Of a DNA stretch of 64,000 bases, positions 41,001-51,837 are shown piece by piece. The stretch lies in the NCBI RefSeq assembly GCF_963506605.1, contig NC_083292.1:31062001-31126000 (forward strand), given 5' to 3'. The notes under the pieces are model-generated. The model saw only the letters and a list, made by a program, of their open reading frames with translations. It did no database searches and was not told the DNA's origin. Position 1 is the stretch's first letter. Each line of letters begins with the position of its first letter. This DNA is from Zootoca vivipara. Its lineage: Eukaryota. Both the position numbers and the translations under genes were made by a program.

Positions 41001-44000
41001 AATAGCTGAAGCCTTAGCAATGTATTAAATGGTTCAGTGATTTGACAGTGTCCGCACTCAATTTTTTCCTTACATGTGTCTGATGTAAGCATGGAACAAC
41101 ACTCTGCAGGTTTTATTGGAATGTCATTTTAATATAAGATTAATAAAGTACTCTTTGAGTTGCCTTAACTCAGGACCCTTCTGCCACGATATTTGCAACA
41201 AAGGAAAAGGCCACGGCCTGAAAAAAATTGGTGGACCAGAATAATAGTCTCCAAGAAAACAACAACAACCCAGACTCCTTTCTTTTGCCAACTTTCTCTT
41301 TTGCAGTGGGGGCATCAAAGCAGTCATTGGACAGACATGGGTGCAAAAAGTGGCCTTGTGCCTTGTGCCTCTGACCTCTCTGCTCTTAACACCCACTTTC
41401 AAAACAGGGCCTGCTTGGGACAGAAAAGGTGCCCTCTAGTGGCAGCCGTCGTAGCATAAGCTCTTCCCGCTTGGAGCAGCCGGCTGAGAAACGGGGAGCT
41501 CACACCAAATTGAAAGGTGGGACTCTGCGCATGTTTTTTGTGTGTGTTTGTGTTAGATGGCAGGGATGTAAAGAGCAGTCTGCATTTGTTTTTGTCTTTG
41601 CAAGAATCGCGAGCCTTCAGTCCTTGTTGTATTTATCCCTGGTCATGGCTATATAGAAATGTGTTTGCATATTGTGATTATATTTTGTATGTTATGTATA
41701 GTATTTCATATATGGCATACCTTTCTGGTATATATATGGAATAGTTATATTTTGTATTATATGTAGCTTTCATGCACAGTAGGTGTATGGGTTTGATCCA
41801 GTGTCCTACTCAGAGTTGTTATTGTTTAGTTGTTTAGTCGTGTCCGACTCTTCATGACCCCATGGACCAGAGCACCCCAGGCACTCCTGTAGACCTTTGA
41901 AATTAATAGATATGACCAATTTAGGCCCATTCATTTAAAAAAGTTTCCTACAAGCAGAACTTAGTTGGATTCCACCCTGTTTTGCTTGTATTATGGCATT
42001 TTTCAGTTGTAGGGTAATCCCTTGCTAACAAGGGAACAAGTTTGCAAGTTAATAAATTAATAATATTTTTATTTTTCTTTAAAACTCTGTTAACTGTGCT
42101 TTTCTTTCATGTGTTCATTCCTGGTTATAGTTACAGTGGTGCCTCGCTAGACGAATTTAATTCGTTCCACAGGTCTTTTCTTATAACGAAAAATTCGTCT
42201 AGCGAATCCCATAGGAATGCATTGATTTTTTTTGTGGATTTTTTTTTGCCCATAGGAACGCATTAATTGAATTTCAATGCATTCCTATGGGAAACCGCGA
42301 TTCGCTAGACGAATTTTTCATAAAACGAAATTGTCTAGCGAGGCAACCTCTGCTCAAAAAATCATTTCGTTAAGCGGAAATTTCGTTAAGCAGGGCATTC
42401 GTTAAGCGAGGCACCACTGTATACTCCATTTTTTTCTCCTAAGAGCTCAAGAGTTCATGGTTCTTCTCACTCCCCATTTCATCTTCTCAAAAACCCTGTG
42501 AGTTAGACTGAGAGACTGTGACAGCCCCCTGCCAAGATGACCCAGTGAGCTTTCATTACTGGGTGGGGGGATTCGAACCCTGGTCTCCCAGGTCCTAGTC
42601 CAGCACCCTAACCACTGCACCACGCTGCTGCTCCAGATTTTATTACCTATACTAGTTCTAAAGGAGGAGTAGCCCTTTAAACTAGGGATGTAACCTCAAT
42701 CCTAAATTTGGATGATTTAAGGCTACCTAGTTAATGGATGACAAACCGGTGAACTGGTTCCCCCACTAACTGTGTTTGAACTCCTCCTGAGTGGGGAGGA
42801 ACAGAAATATTTTTTTTCTTTTGATGGATAGTGTCAGAGGTGAGTGCTGTGTCTGTGTGGCTATTTATAAGTGTAATACCTAGTAATAAAAAATACGCAA
42901 TTGAAATGTTGTGCATTCATATTCAGAAGCTTGCATTTGAACTTCCAGGAACTCTAATTAAATCATTTTTCCCCTGTTGTCCAGGTGTAAAGAATTGGAG
43001 AATGGAGGATTTTTTAAATTATATGTTTCTTTAAAAGAAATATATGGGGCTGGATTCAGTGAATGCGTCCCACTAGTGAAAGCTTCCGCTAGTGCCGTGG
43101 GGCTCTCCCCCGTCGGCTCCCTCCTCTGCCCTCCATGTCCCCCAAGACTTTGGGGGGGGTTGGGAGACACACACACCCCGAACGGTGTGTGGGGGGAGGA
43201 GAGGGCAGATCCTTCCACCAGGCAAGCCGTCCGAAATGCTTTTGCTGACAGAGTGATCTCCTTAGCACTATGTTGAATTCCTCCCCAACCCATAATTTTT
43301 TTTTTTAATGCAAGGGAGCATTGCAAGCAAGATTTATACACAGAATGGTCGAACGTAATATTTTTGCCTCCAGATCCTGACTCCTGATTTCGGCACACCT
43401 GATTCAGACTGTGCCCTCAGAGTAGACCCATTGAAATTTCGCTTGCTGCTTTTTCTCTCCACGCACCCACCAGCACTAGCAACTTGCCGCATGCAGTTCA
43501 ATTTTTGTTTTAATTGAGGCTTCTTTCAAAACACATTTGAAGCACGCAGCTCCCCCCCCCAAAACCCTGGGAACTGTAGTTTGTTATGGGTGCTGGGAAC
43601 CACAGCTCCGTACAGGGGTAAACTACGATTCCCAGGATGCTTTGGAAGTGTGCACTTAAAATGCAAGACCTGAATGACAAAATTGTGATTTTATCTCTTT
43701 TAACTACAACGTATCACTGTTCTCAGGCCTTCTCTTCTCTGCCATCTCTTTCCTCAGGCTTTCCCTCACCGAGCTCCCGGGCCCAGAGTACGGAGCGGGG
43801 CCGGGAGGAACTACAGGCCCTCAGAACCGAGGTTTTGATGTTGCGGCGCCGCCTGGATGCCTCGGAGAGCCAACGCAAAACCCTCCTTGAGGCTTGCTGG
43901 CAGCAAGAGAAAAGCCGGGCCTGGGCCCAGAAGAGGCAGTTAGGCCCACTGGTGGGAGCGGCGGGCTGGCAAAAGACAAAGGACTCCCCAGAGATCCATG

Positions 44001-47000
44001 GGGATTGCCAGGCCCCCAGGAGCAAAGGACAGGCCTTGGCGGGCGGCGGGGAAGTCTCTGTGGCAGAAGAGGTTGAGGAGGAAAGAGGGGCACTTGAACC
44101 CGAGGCTGTGGCAGAGCCGGGGAAGGCGCTGGCCTTGGACGTAGAGACGTCTGAAACAGGAGAAGATGCACCAGCGCCAGCCCCACGGCAGGCCCATGGG
44201 AAGACTGAAGCAGGGGGCCAAGGAGGCAGGACCCCCGACCTGGAGGGGAATGTGGAAGGTTTGCAGGAGAACCTCTTGGACTTGGCCTCCGGCAAAGCCC
44301 AAGCTGAGGCCCAAGCCATCTTGGCCCAGGAAAAACTCCAGGTCCTGCAGGCCACGCTGGGGAGGCAGACGGAGCGGTTGGCGCGAGCCATGGAGACCCA
44401 GAGCCGCCACGTGGAGGAGCTGCTGGCGGACGCCGAGGAGAAGGAGCAGCTGATGAGGAGCCTCCGGCAGGAGCTGGAGGAGACCAAGAAAGCCTTGGAA
44501 ATGGCGGACGACGAGGGCCAGAGGCTGCGGGCTCTGCTGGGGCAGAGGGAGGCGGAGGGGCACCACCACGCAGAAAGCCCCTCAAACACCTCGGAGGTAC
44601 GCGGAGGCAGCGAGGCCTCGGAGGTCCCTCTGGTGTCGGCCCAGCTGCAGGGAGGCATGTTGAGCACTGCGGACGTTGGTCTAGCGGGACGTCTGCCCGA
44701 AGAGAAGCAGGTTCAGCCTGGAGTCCAGGAACAGGTAAGTTTATTCTCCTCGAGGCGTGCTAGGAATTTTTTATGGATTTTAATTGTTGAAAGCCTCTTT
44801 GTCCCACTCTCCCGCCAAAACCAAAAAGCCCGTGGACCAGCTTACAAAGGTCATTGATGCTATCAGTCCCTGCCTGTGGTTTGCAATATAAAAGACACAA
44901 AACAAAAGGAAAAGGAATTCGGAGGGAGAAGGGGAGGGCAAGCCAGATCCAAGGCTTACACTATTTAAAGAAAGAGAGAGCATTTGGAATATATATATAT
45001 TGGGGGAGAGGGGGAAGGGGGTGCTGAGCACAAAATTCCTCTTGCCAGGTGTCTGGACTGATCTCTTGCAAGTAACCTTTTGAAATCAGGCCTCAGGCTA
45101 TCCAACTTATTGCACTGCTTTCCCCTGGGGAAAATCGTTCTTAGGCTCTCAATCAGAGCGAGCTGCAATTCTGGTTTTCTCTGGATGGATTGATGTTTGC
45201 TCCAGTTTAGCACTAAAGCTTGGGTTTTCCCTGGGAAAGGATCGGGGCAAGAGGGAAACGGAAAGTGCAAATCAAGCAGGGGGGCAAGCGGAAGTGTGGG
45301 CGAGCTCTTAGCGGTGTCCGTTTTCTGTCTGCAGCTGGAGGCCTCTCTTGCCCAGCTTCAGCAGGAAAACCTGGTCCTGCGCAAGGAGCTGGCTACCTGG
45401 GAGGCCTGGCACCAGAAAAGAGGAGAGGAGGACACCACTGGCCCCTTTGAACTGGTCGGCTCGGGAAATGGCAGAGAAGCAGCCGAGATGGCAGATGGTA
45501 AGGGGGGGGGGCATAGAATATAGGAGGAGAGAATCCAAACTGGGGGAGGAAGAGAAGAGGAATACCTTGTTTCGTGCACTGGGAAATCATCTGCAGCATA
45601 CATTTAAAGCACTATGATATCACTTTCAACAGCCATGGCTCCCACCCCCACCCCACCCCCAGAATCCTGGGAACTCAATCTCATCTTGCGCCTTTTTTTA
45701 TTCTTTTGTTCGTCAGTATACCTATTTCCTTACTGTCCATTTTGATATTCAATATTTTGGGCCTTCCTCTCCCCCCCCCATTTATCCCTTTAATTTCCGC
45801 TGCTTTTGTTGCCAAATTATAATATGATATCATTTTTAGTAGCCAATCCTCCTTAATTGGTACCCCATTACTCTTCCAATTGAGATTGGTTGGAAGCACT
45901 AAAGGGTGGGTGGAGAGTTGGGTGGTGGGGGAGTTTGTTTTCTTTTTAATTAAGTAAAGATTATTTTTTAGTTCTTGTATCTTAGGTTAGTTTGCGTTAT
46001 TTTTCCTTTATTTTGATTTATTGTAATAATATTTTGATTATGGCAAAAAAAATTGTAAATTGTGCGAAAAGTTAATAATTTTTTTTAATTTAAAATAATA
46101 ATAATAATAAAAAGAATCCTGGGAACTCCCCTCAGAGCTACAGTTCTCAGAGTACTTCCCAGGGAACTCTGGGAATCTCAGCTCTCAGTACCCATAACAA
46201 ACTACATTTCCCAGGATTCCTTGGAGGAACATGGAGCCAAATATTTCTCCTTTTTTTGAAATGGCAATGTTTTTCTTTTTAGCACAGGAAGGTCATGGGG
46301 GAAACCGGACATCTCTTCTTTTGTCACCGCACAGCTGCCCCAATAACCCCAGTTTGCTAAGGGTGCTGGGAACTGTAACTGTGAGGAGCAAACTACAACT
46401 CCCAGGATTGTTGGGTAGGGTGCTTTAAATATCTGGTGTATATGTACCCTAATTCAAGGCCTCTGTGTCAACTTGCAGTTCCTGAAGCTTCCCAGAAGAG
46501 AGAGCCCTTGTCTCAGGGGAGCCGGCGAAATGTCCAGACCCAAACTGAAGGACTAGAGTTTGGCCATCGGCGCAGGGAACGTGTCTCCGTGGCCTTTGAT
46601 GACACTCAGTATGAACCCTACGGGCTCCCTGAGGTGGTCATGAAAGGTATGTGGGGAATCGGGGAGGGGAAGAGACAAAGGAAGCACCACAAGGCCATCA
46701 GTGGTACCATGAGGTGAGTTTAGAGCAGGCATCCCCAAAAAGCGGCCCTCCAGATGTTTTGGCCTACAACTCCCATGATCCCTAGCTAACATGACCAGTG
46801 GTCAGGGAAGATGGGAATTGTAGTCAGAAACATCTGGAGGGCCGAAGTTTGGGGATACCTGGTTTAGAGTCTGGACTTAATGTACTTATGGTGGAAACCA
46901 AACAGCCATGGCTCCCCGCATAGAATCATGGGAACTGTAGTTTGCTGAGAGCTTTTTTAGGAGGCCTCTCTATTCCACTCACAGAGCCAGAATTCTGAGA

Positions 47001-47629
47001 GTTCCCAGTGAAGAGAGATGGATTGTTACACCACTCTGAGAACTGCAGCTTTGTGAGGGGAGTTGCTAGTCTCCTAATAGCTCTCAGCACCTTTAACAAG
47101 CAACAGCTCCCATAATTCTTTGGGGGAGCTTGTAGCTGTTAAAGCAGTATAACAGTGCTTTAAAACAGAGACGGATTTAAGGCAGTGCGACCGGTTCCAC
47201 TGCATTGGGAGCCAAGCCTAGCTGGCACCACAACTATGACACAATGAATTGAGCAGAACAAAAATGCAGCCAGAAATACGGTTAGAAAGTATATAAAATG
47301 TTTGTTTAATGGGAAAGTGCATTGAGGAGCATGGGATGGTACTATTTTAGGGTGAATGCATACGTTAGTTTGCATGCAAACCTTTCAGCTGAAAGGAGAT
47401 TTTTTCAACTTGAAAACGTACCAGAAAAGGACACCCCACACCACTGTGTCTGCTTTAGCAAATCTGGCTTCGTTTCTCCCCTGCAGGCTTTGCTGACATC
47501 CCATCCGGTCCCTCTTGCCCATACGTTCTCCGCCGGGGCATTTTGGGAAGTGCCCCCGTTGCCCAGCTGGCACCGCGAGCAGAACCAGAAGAGGATTCCC
47601 CTGAGGCAGAGGAGGGGACGGGCGTCTGA
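29058..47629 (+). CDS. Centromere protein F-like (miniature CENPF paralog); exons 29058-29219, 32392-32588, 34922-35010, 35534-35586, 35782-35974, 36250-36386, 38714-38791, 41408-41516, 43758-44734, 45335-45497, 46479-46646, 47487-47629; ~822 aa
   Basis: The N-terminus MSWPGEEWKVGLPSRALRAIAEVEQRLERLQKERQQKQVQLDTLEAMMHKQRQK aligns with recalled CENP-F MSWALEEWKEGLPTRALQKIQELEGQLDKLKKEKQQRQFQLDSLEAALQKQKQK. Further matches: R|CQIELDK, SWQQE, EKENQ|ELR, and C-terminal YEPYGLPEVVMKG|FADIPSGPSCPYVLRR (CENP-F FEPEGLPEVVKKGFADIPTGKTSPYILRR). All 11 introns are GT-AG and the phases chain into one stop-free ORF of 2469 nt. Exons 35534, 38714 and 41408 are supported only by splice signals and phase. 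Confidence 0.85.
29859..30110. mobile_element. Tigger/pogo-like MITE inserted in an L2 3' fragment
   Basis: TIR cagtggtaccttggttta...taaaccaaggtaccactg with TA TSD. The L2 fragment continues at 30113-30380 (-). Confidence 0.85.
30891..31026. mobile_element. 136-bp hAT MITE, copy 2
   Basis: TIRs; TSD ctttagaa. Confidence 0.9.
33425..33560. mobile_element. 136-bp hAT MITE, copy 3
   Basis: TIRs; TSD gtttatac. Confidence 0.9.
33594..33957 (-). mobile_element. Sauria (POM-type) SINE, full length
   Basis: tRNA-like head, (ACCTTT)n tail, and tgaaaata repeated on both flanks. Confidence 0.85.
34210..34516 (+). mobile_element. Sauria SINE, 5'-truncated
   Basis: 13-bp TSD taaggaaaagcag (34197-34209, 34517-34529). 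Confidence 0.88.
39686..40362 (-). mobile_element. BovB (RTE) LINE, 5'-truncated, inserted into a CR1-like fragment
   Basis: Uninterrupted 216-aa RT C-terminus (DFIFLGS...EIKRCLLLGRKAM...IDAFELWCWRRLLRVPWTARRSN...HGVTKSRTRLND). 11-bp TSD gccacaaacct (39675-39685, 40363-40373). Confidence 0.92.
41815..41890 (-). mobile_element. Short BovB 3' end
   Basis: Near-identical to 39686-39760. Confidence 0.75.
42134..42419. mobile_element. Tigger/pogo-like MITE
   Basis: TIR cagtggtgcctcgct...agcgaggcaccactg; TA TSD. Confidence 0.85.
43758..44734 (+). CDS. Large coiled-coil exon of the CENPF-like gene
   Basis: It lies inside the 406-aa ORF 43637-44857. Strong polypyrimidine acceptor at 43757 and donor CAG|gtaagt at 44735. 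Heptad-rich E/L/Q/A/R segments. Confidence 0.85.
46726..46861. mobile_element. 136-bp hAT MITE, copy 4
   Basis: TIRs; TSD gtttagag. Confidence 0.9.
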
Positions 47630-47783
47630 GAACAGCCTACCAGGTAAGAGATCCTGGTGTCTAAAACAGCTGCACCGCCCCGGAGTCAGCTGCAGTTTTG
47701 AGTCGGGTGTGGAAGCCCTGTTTGCATTTTAATGCAATAATAAATTATATGCCTAGCATATGGGGATTAGTGGCAGGAGAACA

Positions 47784-47817
<34 letters not shown>

Positions 47818-47839
47818 GAGGATTTTGCAACCCCTAGTA

Positions 47840-47975
47840 CAGGCATCCCCAAACTGCGGCCCTCCAGATGTTTTGGCCTACAACTCCCACGATCCCTAGC
47901 TAACAGGACCAGTGGTCAGGGAGGATGGGAATTGTAGTCCAAAACATCTGGAGGGCCGAAGTTTGGGGATGCCTG
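47840..47975. mobile_element. 136-bp hAT MITE, copy 5
   Basis: Same TIRs and body; the TSD is not preserved. Confidence 0.85.
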
Positions 47976-48568
47976 CCTGTCTGTTACCATCTTCAAATAT
48001 CTAAAAAGCTGTCACATGGAAGTTGGAGCAAGCTTGCTTTCTGCTGCTCCAGAGGAGAGGACCACAACCAATGGATTCTCCTTCACTGGAGGTTTCCAAA
48101 CAGAGTTCAGGTGGCCATCTGTCAGCGGTTCTCTAGCTGTGATTCCTGCACTAGGTGTCCCTTCCAACCCTACACAGTATTATGATTGTCTGAGGACCTC
48201 TCCGTCCTGCCTACATTTGAGCATATGCCATACAGTATTTCAATTTCGTGCGGATGCCTATTTGGATGTTTGCAGGGCTTACACATTAACTTACCTGTTT
48301 AATATAAATGCACAAACTGATGGTTCCTTTGTCTGCAATGTCAGTTGATGATGGGGGTTTTCCCCACTGCTGTTAGACTCATTAAGCATTCTGTTCAAGT
48401 GAAAACAGAGTGGGGTGAAAGGGAAAGAAGCGACAGCTCAGTGGTCGAGCATGCCAGGCACCTCCAATTTAAAAGGGTCTGTGTTAGCAATTGATGGAGA
48501 AGACAAAACCCTGGAGACAAAACTGCCAATCTGAGCAGACAATCCCGAGTCTTCTCCCTCACTGCATA

Positions 48569-48808
48569 CAGTGGTACCTCTGGTTAAGAACTTAATTCGT
48601 TCCGGAGGTCCGTTCTTAACCTGAAACTGTTCTTAACCTGAGACACCACTTTAGCCAATGGGGCCTCCTGCTGCCGCCGTGCAGCCAGAGCACAATTTCT
48701 GTTCTCATCCTGAAGCAAAGTTCTTCACCTGAGGTTATTTCTGGGTTAGCTGAGTCTGTAACCTGAAGCATTTGTAACCTGAAGCATTTGTAACCCGAGG
48801 TACCACTG
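48569..48808. mobile_element. Tigger/pogo-like MITE (same family as 18973, opposite orientation)
   Basis: TIR cagtggtacctc...gaggtaccactg; TA TSD. Confidence 0.85.
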
Positions 48809-51546
48809 TACTGGCAGTGCAACTTCCTCCTTCTTTTAGTATGTGACCTGTAACATTTCCCCCCTCCCTCCCTACCCCCCCAATTGTCTCAGCACAGGTT
48901 ATCCTTCTCTCCGTATTGTACCACAGGAGTACCTGGCCTTTCCCACCTGCGCCAATATTTCTGCACCAGCCACCAAAAGATGAGTGTCTCTGTGGGAAAC
49001 CGCTGCTGTGGGCTTCCTTGGTTCCTGACCTGAAAGGAGATGGGCTAATGATCTCTGCCACTGTGCACTAGAGTCTCCTTTTCGGTTCCCTGGCTGCCAC
49101 GCTTCGTAAGTTTCTGAAAAGATGATGTTCCTTACAGGCATTCTGAGCCGAAGGGGGGAAAGTGTTTTCAGTCTTCATCCTCCCCCTGCCCCCCACCCTC
49201 CCTCTCCTGCATCCTTCTGATACCCAGAGGACCATTTGGAAATGAGGAAGGATATTTGGGGAACATCCACTGGAAGAGACTAGACGAAAAGGCGGAATCA
49301 TCCCTCCTGGATTTATACCACCCCTCGCCCATCATTGGAAGAGACCATCTTTCCACAGTGGCCGTTCCTATTTGACAGCCAATCACAGACTCCATAGCTC
49401 CGAGTGAGAAAGCAGTAGCGAAGAGGATGGAACACATGCCTGCAGTTGGTTTCCTGCCCTCTACATTTATTTATTTTTACCTGGAAGAGCAGGGGTTGTT
49501 GCTGCTTTCCGATCAGCAATAAACAGGACAGCCCAGAGACCCTCACCTTGCCAGGAGAATTGCGCTGTTTAAAAGAGGGTTTTTTTTTGTTTTGCTATTG
49601 GAGCAATGCAAATGATGGAAGATGTGGCAAAATCAACACGGAGCAGTGCAGTTCAGATAACCGCATGTGATGGGCTTACACTGCACATACATGCTGTGTG
49701 GATGCTGGCAAGCCACGAGTGTTTGTCACTTGCGACGGCCAATATAGTGTTTGCCCCCAAAGCCAAGTGCAAAAAAAAGGGTAAGGATTCTGAAGCTACT
49801 CAATAGGCAAAGAACAAAGCCATCCTAAGCAGAATCACTATACTGTACATAAATATTACACACAAACACAGGTTTCAGAAGGGGAGACATTTATATCTTT
49901 GTGGGAGGGTGAGAATCTACAGCTTTATTATTAATAACAATTACTGGATTTCTTACCCACCCTTGTCCATAAGGTCCCAAGATAACAAGATTAAAATCAG
50001 TTAAAATAATTTGCGGTGGCAGGGAAAGGGCGGGTAAATAATAATAATAAACCTTTATTGTCACTACACCACCTGTGTGCAGTGAAATTAAACAAGCCCC
50101 CCTCCCACATACACCCAGTCTTGTTCGCACTCTGTGTGCTTGTCGGAAGTCAATTGCACCACTATTGCTGCGGATCCAAAACACGGGGTTGTCTCCAGAG
50201 CTAGCCCAACTCAGGAGTAGACTTGCTGAAATGAATGGCCAGGGTAAAGAGGCGTGTATTCAGCATATGATGGAAGCTCTACGCCGAAGGTGTCATATGG
50301 CATCTCTGGCAAGAAGGAATCCTGCAGCTTAGGGGCTGCCACAGAGAATGCTGGCTGCTCTGTTGCTCTGCCCACCGCCGGTATCCAACTGCCCAAGGTT
50401 GCCCCAGAAGATCAGGTGGCCTTCAAAAGCCTCCCCTGATTCATCAGGCAATGCCAAGAATTGAACCTGGGACCTTCTGCAAGCAAAGCAGGTGCTCTAC
50501 TGCTGAGTGATGATAGTTCCTCCTGCTGCTCCTCTACCTTCACTGGGGGCTGCTGGAGACTTGCATGCCCTTGAGGACAGGCAGAAGCAAGGGGAGCCCA
50601 AGGCATACATACCCATCAACTCCCGGACTGAAAAATCCGGGATCAGCAGCGGCGCGGCACCGGAAGTCGCTTCTACACATGTCCAGACATGCGTAGAAGT
50701 GACTTCCGGTGCCGGCGCTGCCCGATTTTTGAAAATCCAGGGGAATTACGGGATGTTTCGCCATTCGGGACAACAGCGGGAAACGGCTTTAAAAACGGGG
50801 GTTTCCTGCGGAAAACGGGAGACTTGGCAGGTATGGCCCAAAGCAGGGAGCACACAGACTACCAGCAACCCGCTGACATGAGTGGACTCTGCCAGTCTTT
50901 CGTTCCATATTGTGTGTTTCTTTTGGTGTCTAAACTGTGAACCACCTTGGGTGCCTTGGCAGAAAGGCAGTATCCAATCAGTTAATCAATAATAAAATAA
51001 ACCACACACACCACTCTGTCTTGGATTCCTCAGTATGAAATGGCAGTGGGGGGAGATATTTCAGCCTTCCTGAACCATCCTGACATTGCATTTAGCAGGG
51101 TAGTGGTAATAATAATAATTTTATTATTTATATGCCACCCACCTGACTGGGTTGCCCCAGCCACTCTGGGCAGCTTCCAGCAAAATATAAACAACACAAT
51201 AAAAATATCAGACACTAAAAACTACTGGATTAAAGGGCTGCCTTCAGGTGTCTTCTAAAAAAATTGTATAGTTGTTTATCTGTTTGACATCTGATGGGAG
51301 GGCGTTCCACAGGGAGGGCGCCACTAACGGGAAGGCCCTCTGCCTGGTTCTCTGTAACTTCACTTGGGAACTGTTGTTTGTGAAGACTGCTGGAAATTGT
51401 AGCTATGTGAGTGGAAGATTACACTTCCCAGAGCTCTTTGGGGGAAGCAGTGTGTTTTAAATGTGTGGTGTAGATGTTTTTCTACTTAGTTTTAGGGTAG
51501 GAAAGTGTAGTAATAGTAATTAAAATAATATTTAAATATATATCCT

Positions 51547-51837
51547 GCCAGTGTGATTAAGAGCGGTAGACTCATAATCTGGGGAACCGGGTTCTCGTCT
51601 CCGCTCCTCCACATGCAGCTGCTGGGTGACCTTGGGCTAGTCACACTTCTCTGAAGTCGCTCAGCCTCACTCACCTCACAGAGTGTTTGTTGTGGGGGAG
51701 GAAGGGAAAGGAGAATGTTAGCCGCTTTGAGACTCCTTAGGGTAGTGATAAAGCGGGATATCAAATCCAAACTCCTCCTCCTCTTCTTCTTCTTCTTCTT
51801 CTTCTTCTTCTTCTTCTTCTTCTTCTTCTTCTTCTTC
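51547..51837 (+). mobile_element. Squam3-type SINE with (CTT)n tail
   Basis: tRNA-like head, ggtgaccttgggctagtcac core, gccgctttgagactcc 3' part, and CTT tail at 51781-51837. Confidence 0.7.

Noticed and set aside
43723-44667. Long antisense ORFs (314, 254 and 209 aa) over the large coiled-coil exon
   Set aside because: They are shadows of a GC-rich coding exon, low complexity with no recognisable domain.
46568-46597. RRRERVSVAF as a PP1 RVxF motif
   Set aside because: The spacing does not fit [RK]x(0,1)[VI]x[FW].
29058-47629. Calling this gene CENPF itself
   Set aside because: It is about a quarter of the length, diverged, lacks CAAX, and sits in the KCNK4 rather than the KCNK2 neighbourhood. 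The symbol is left blank.
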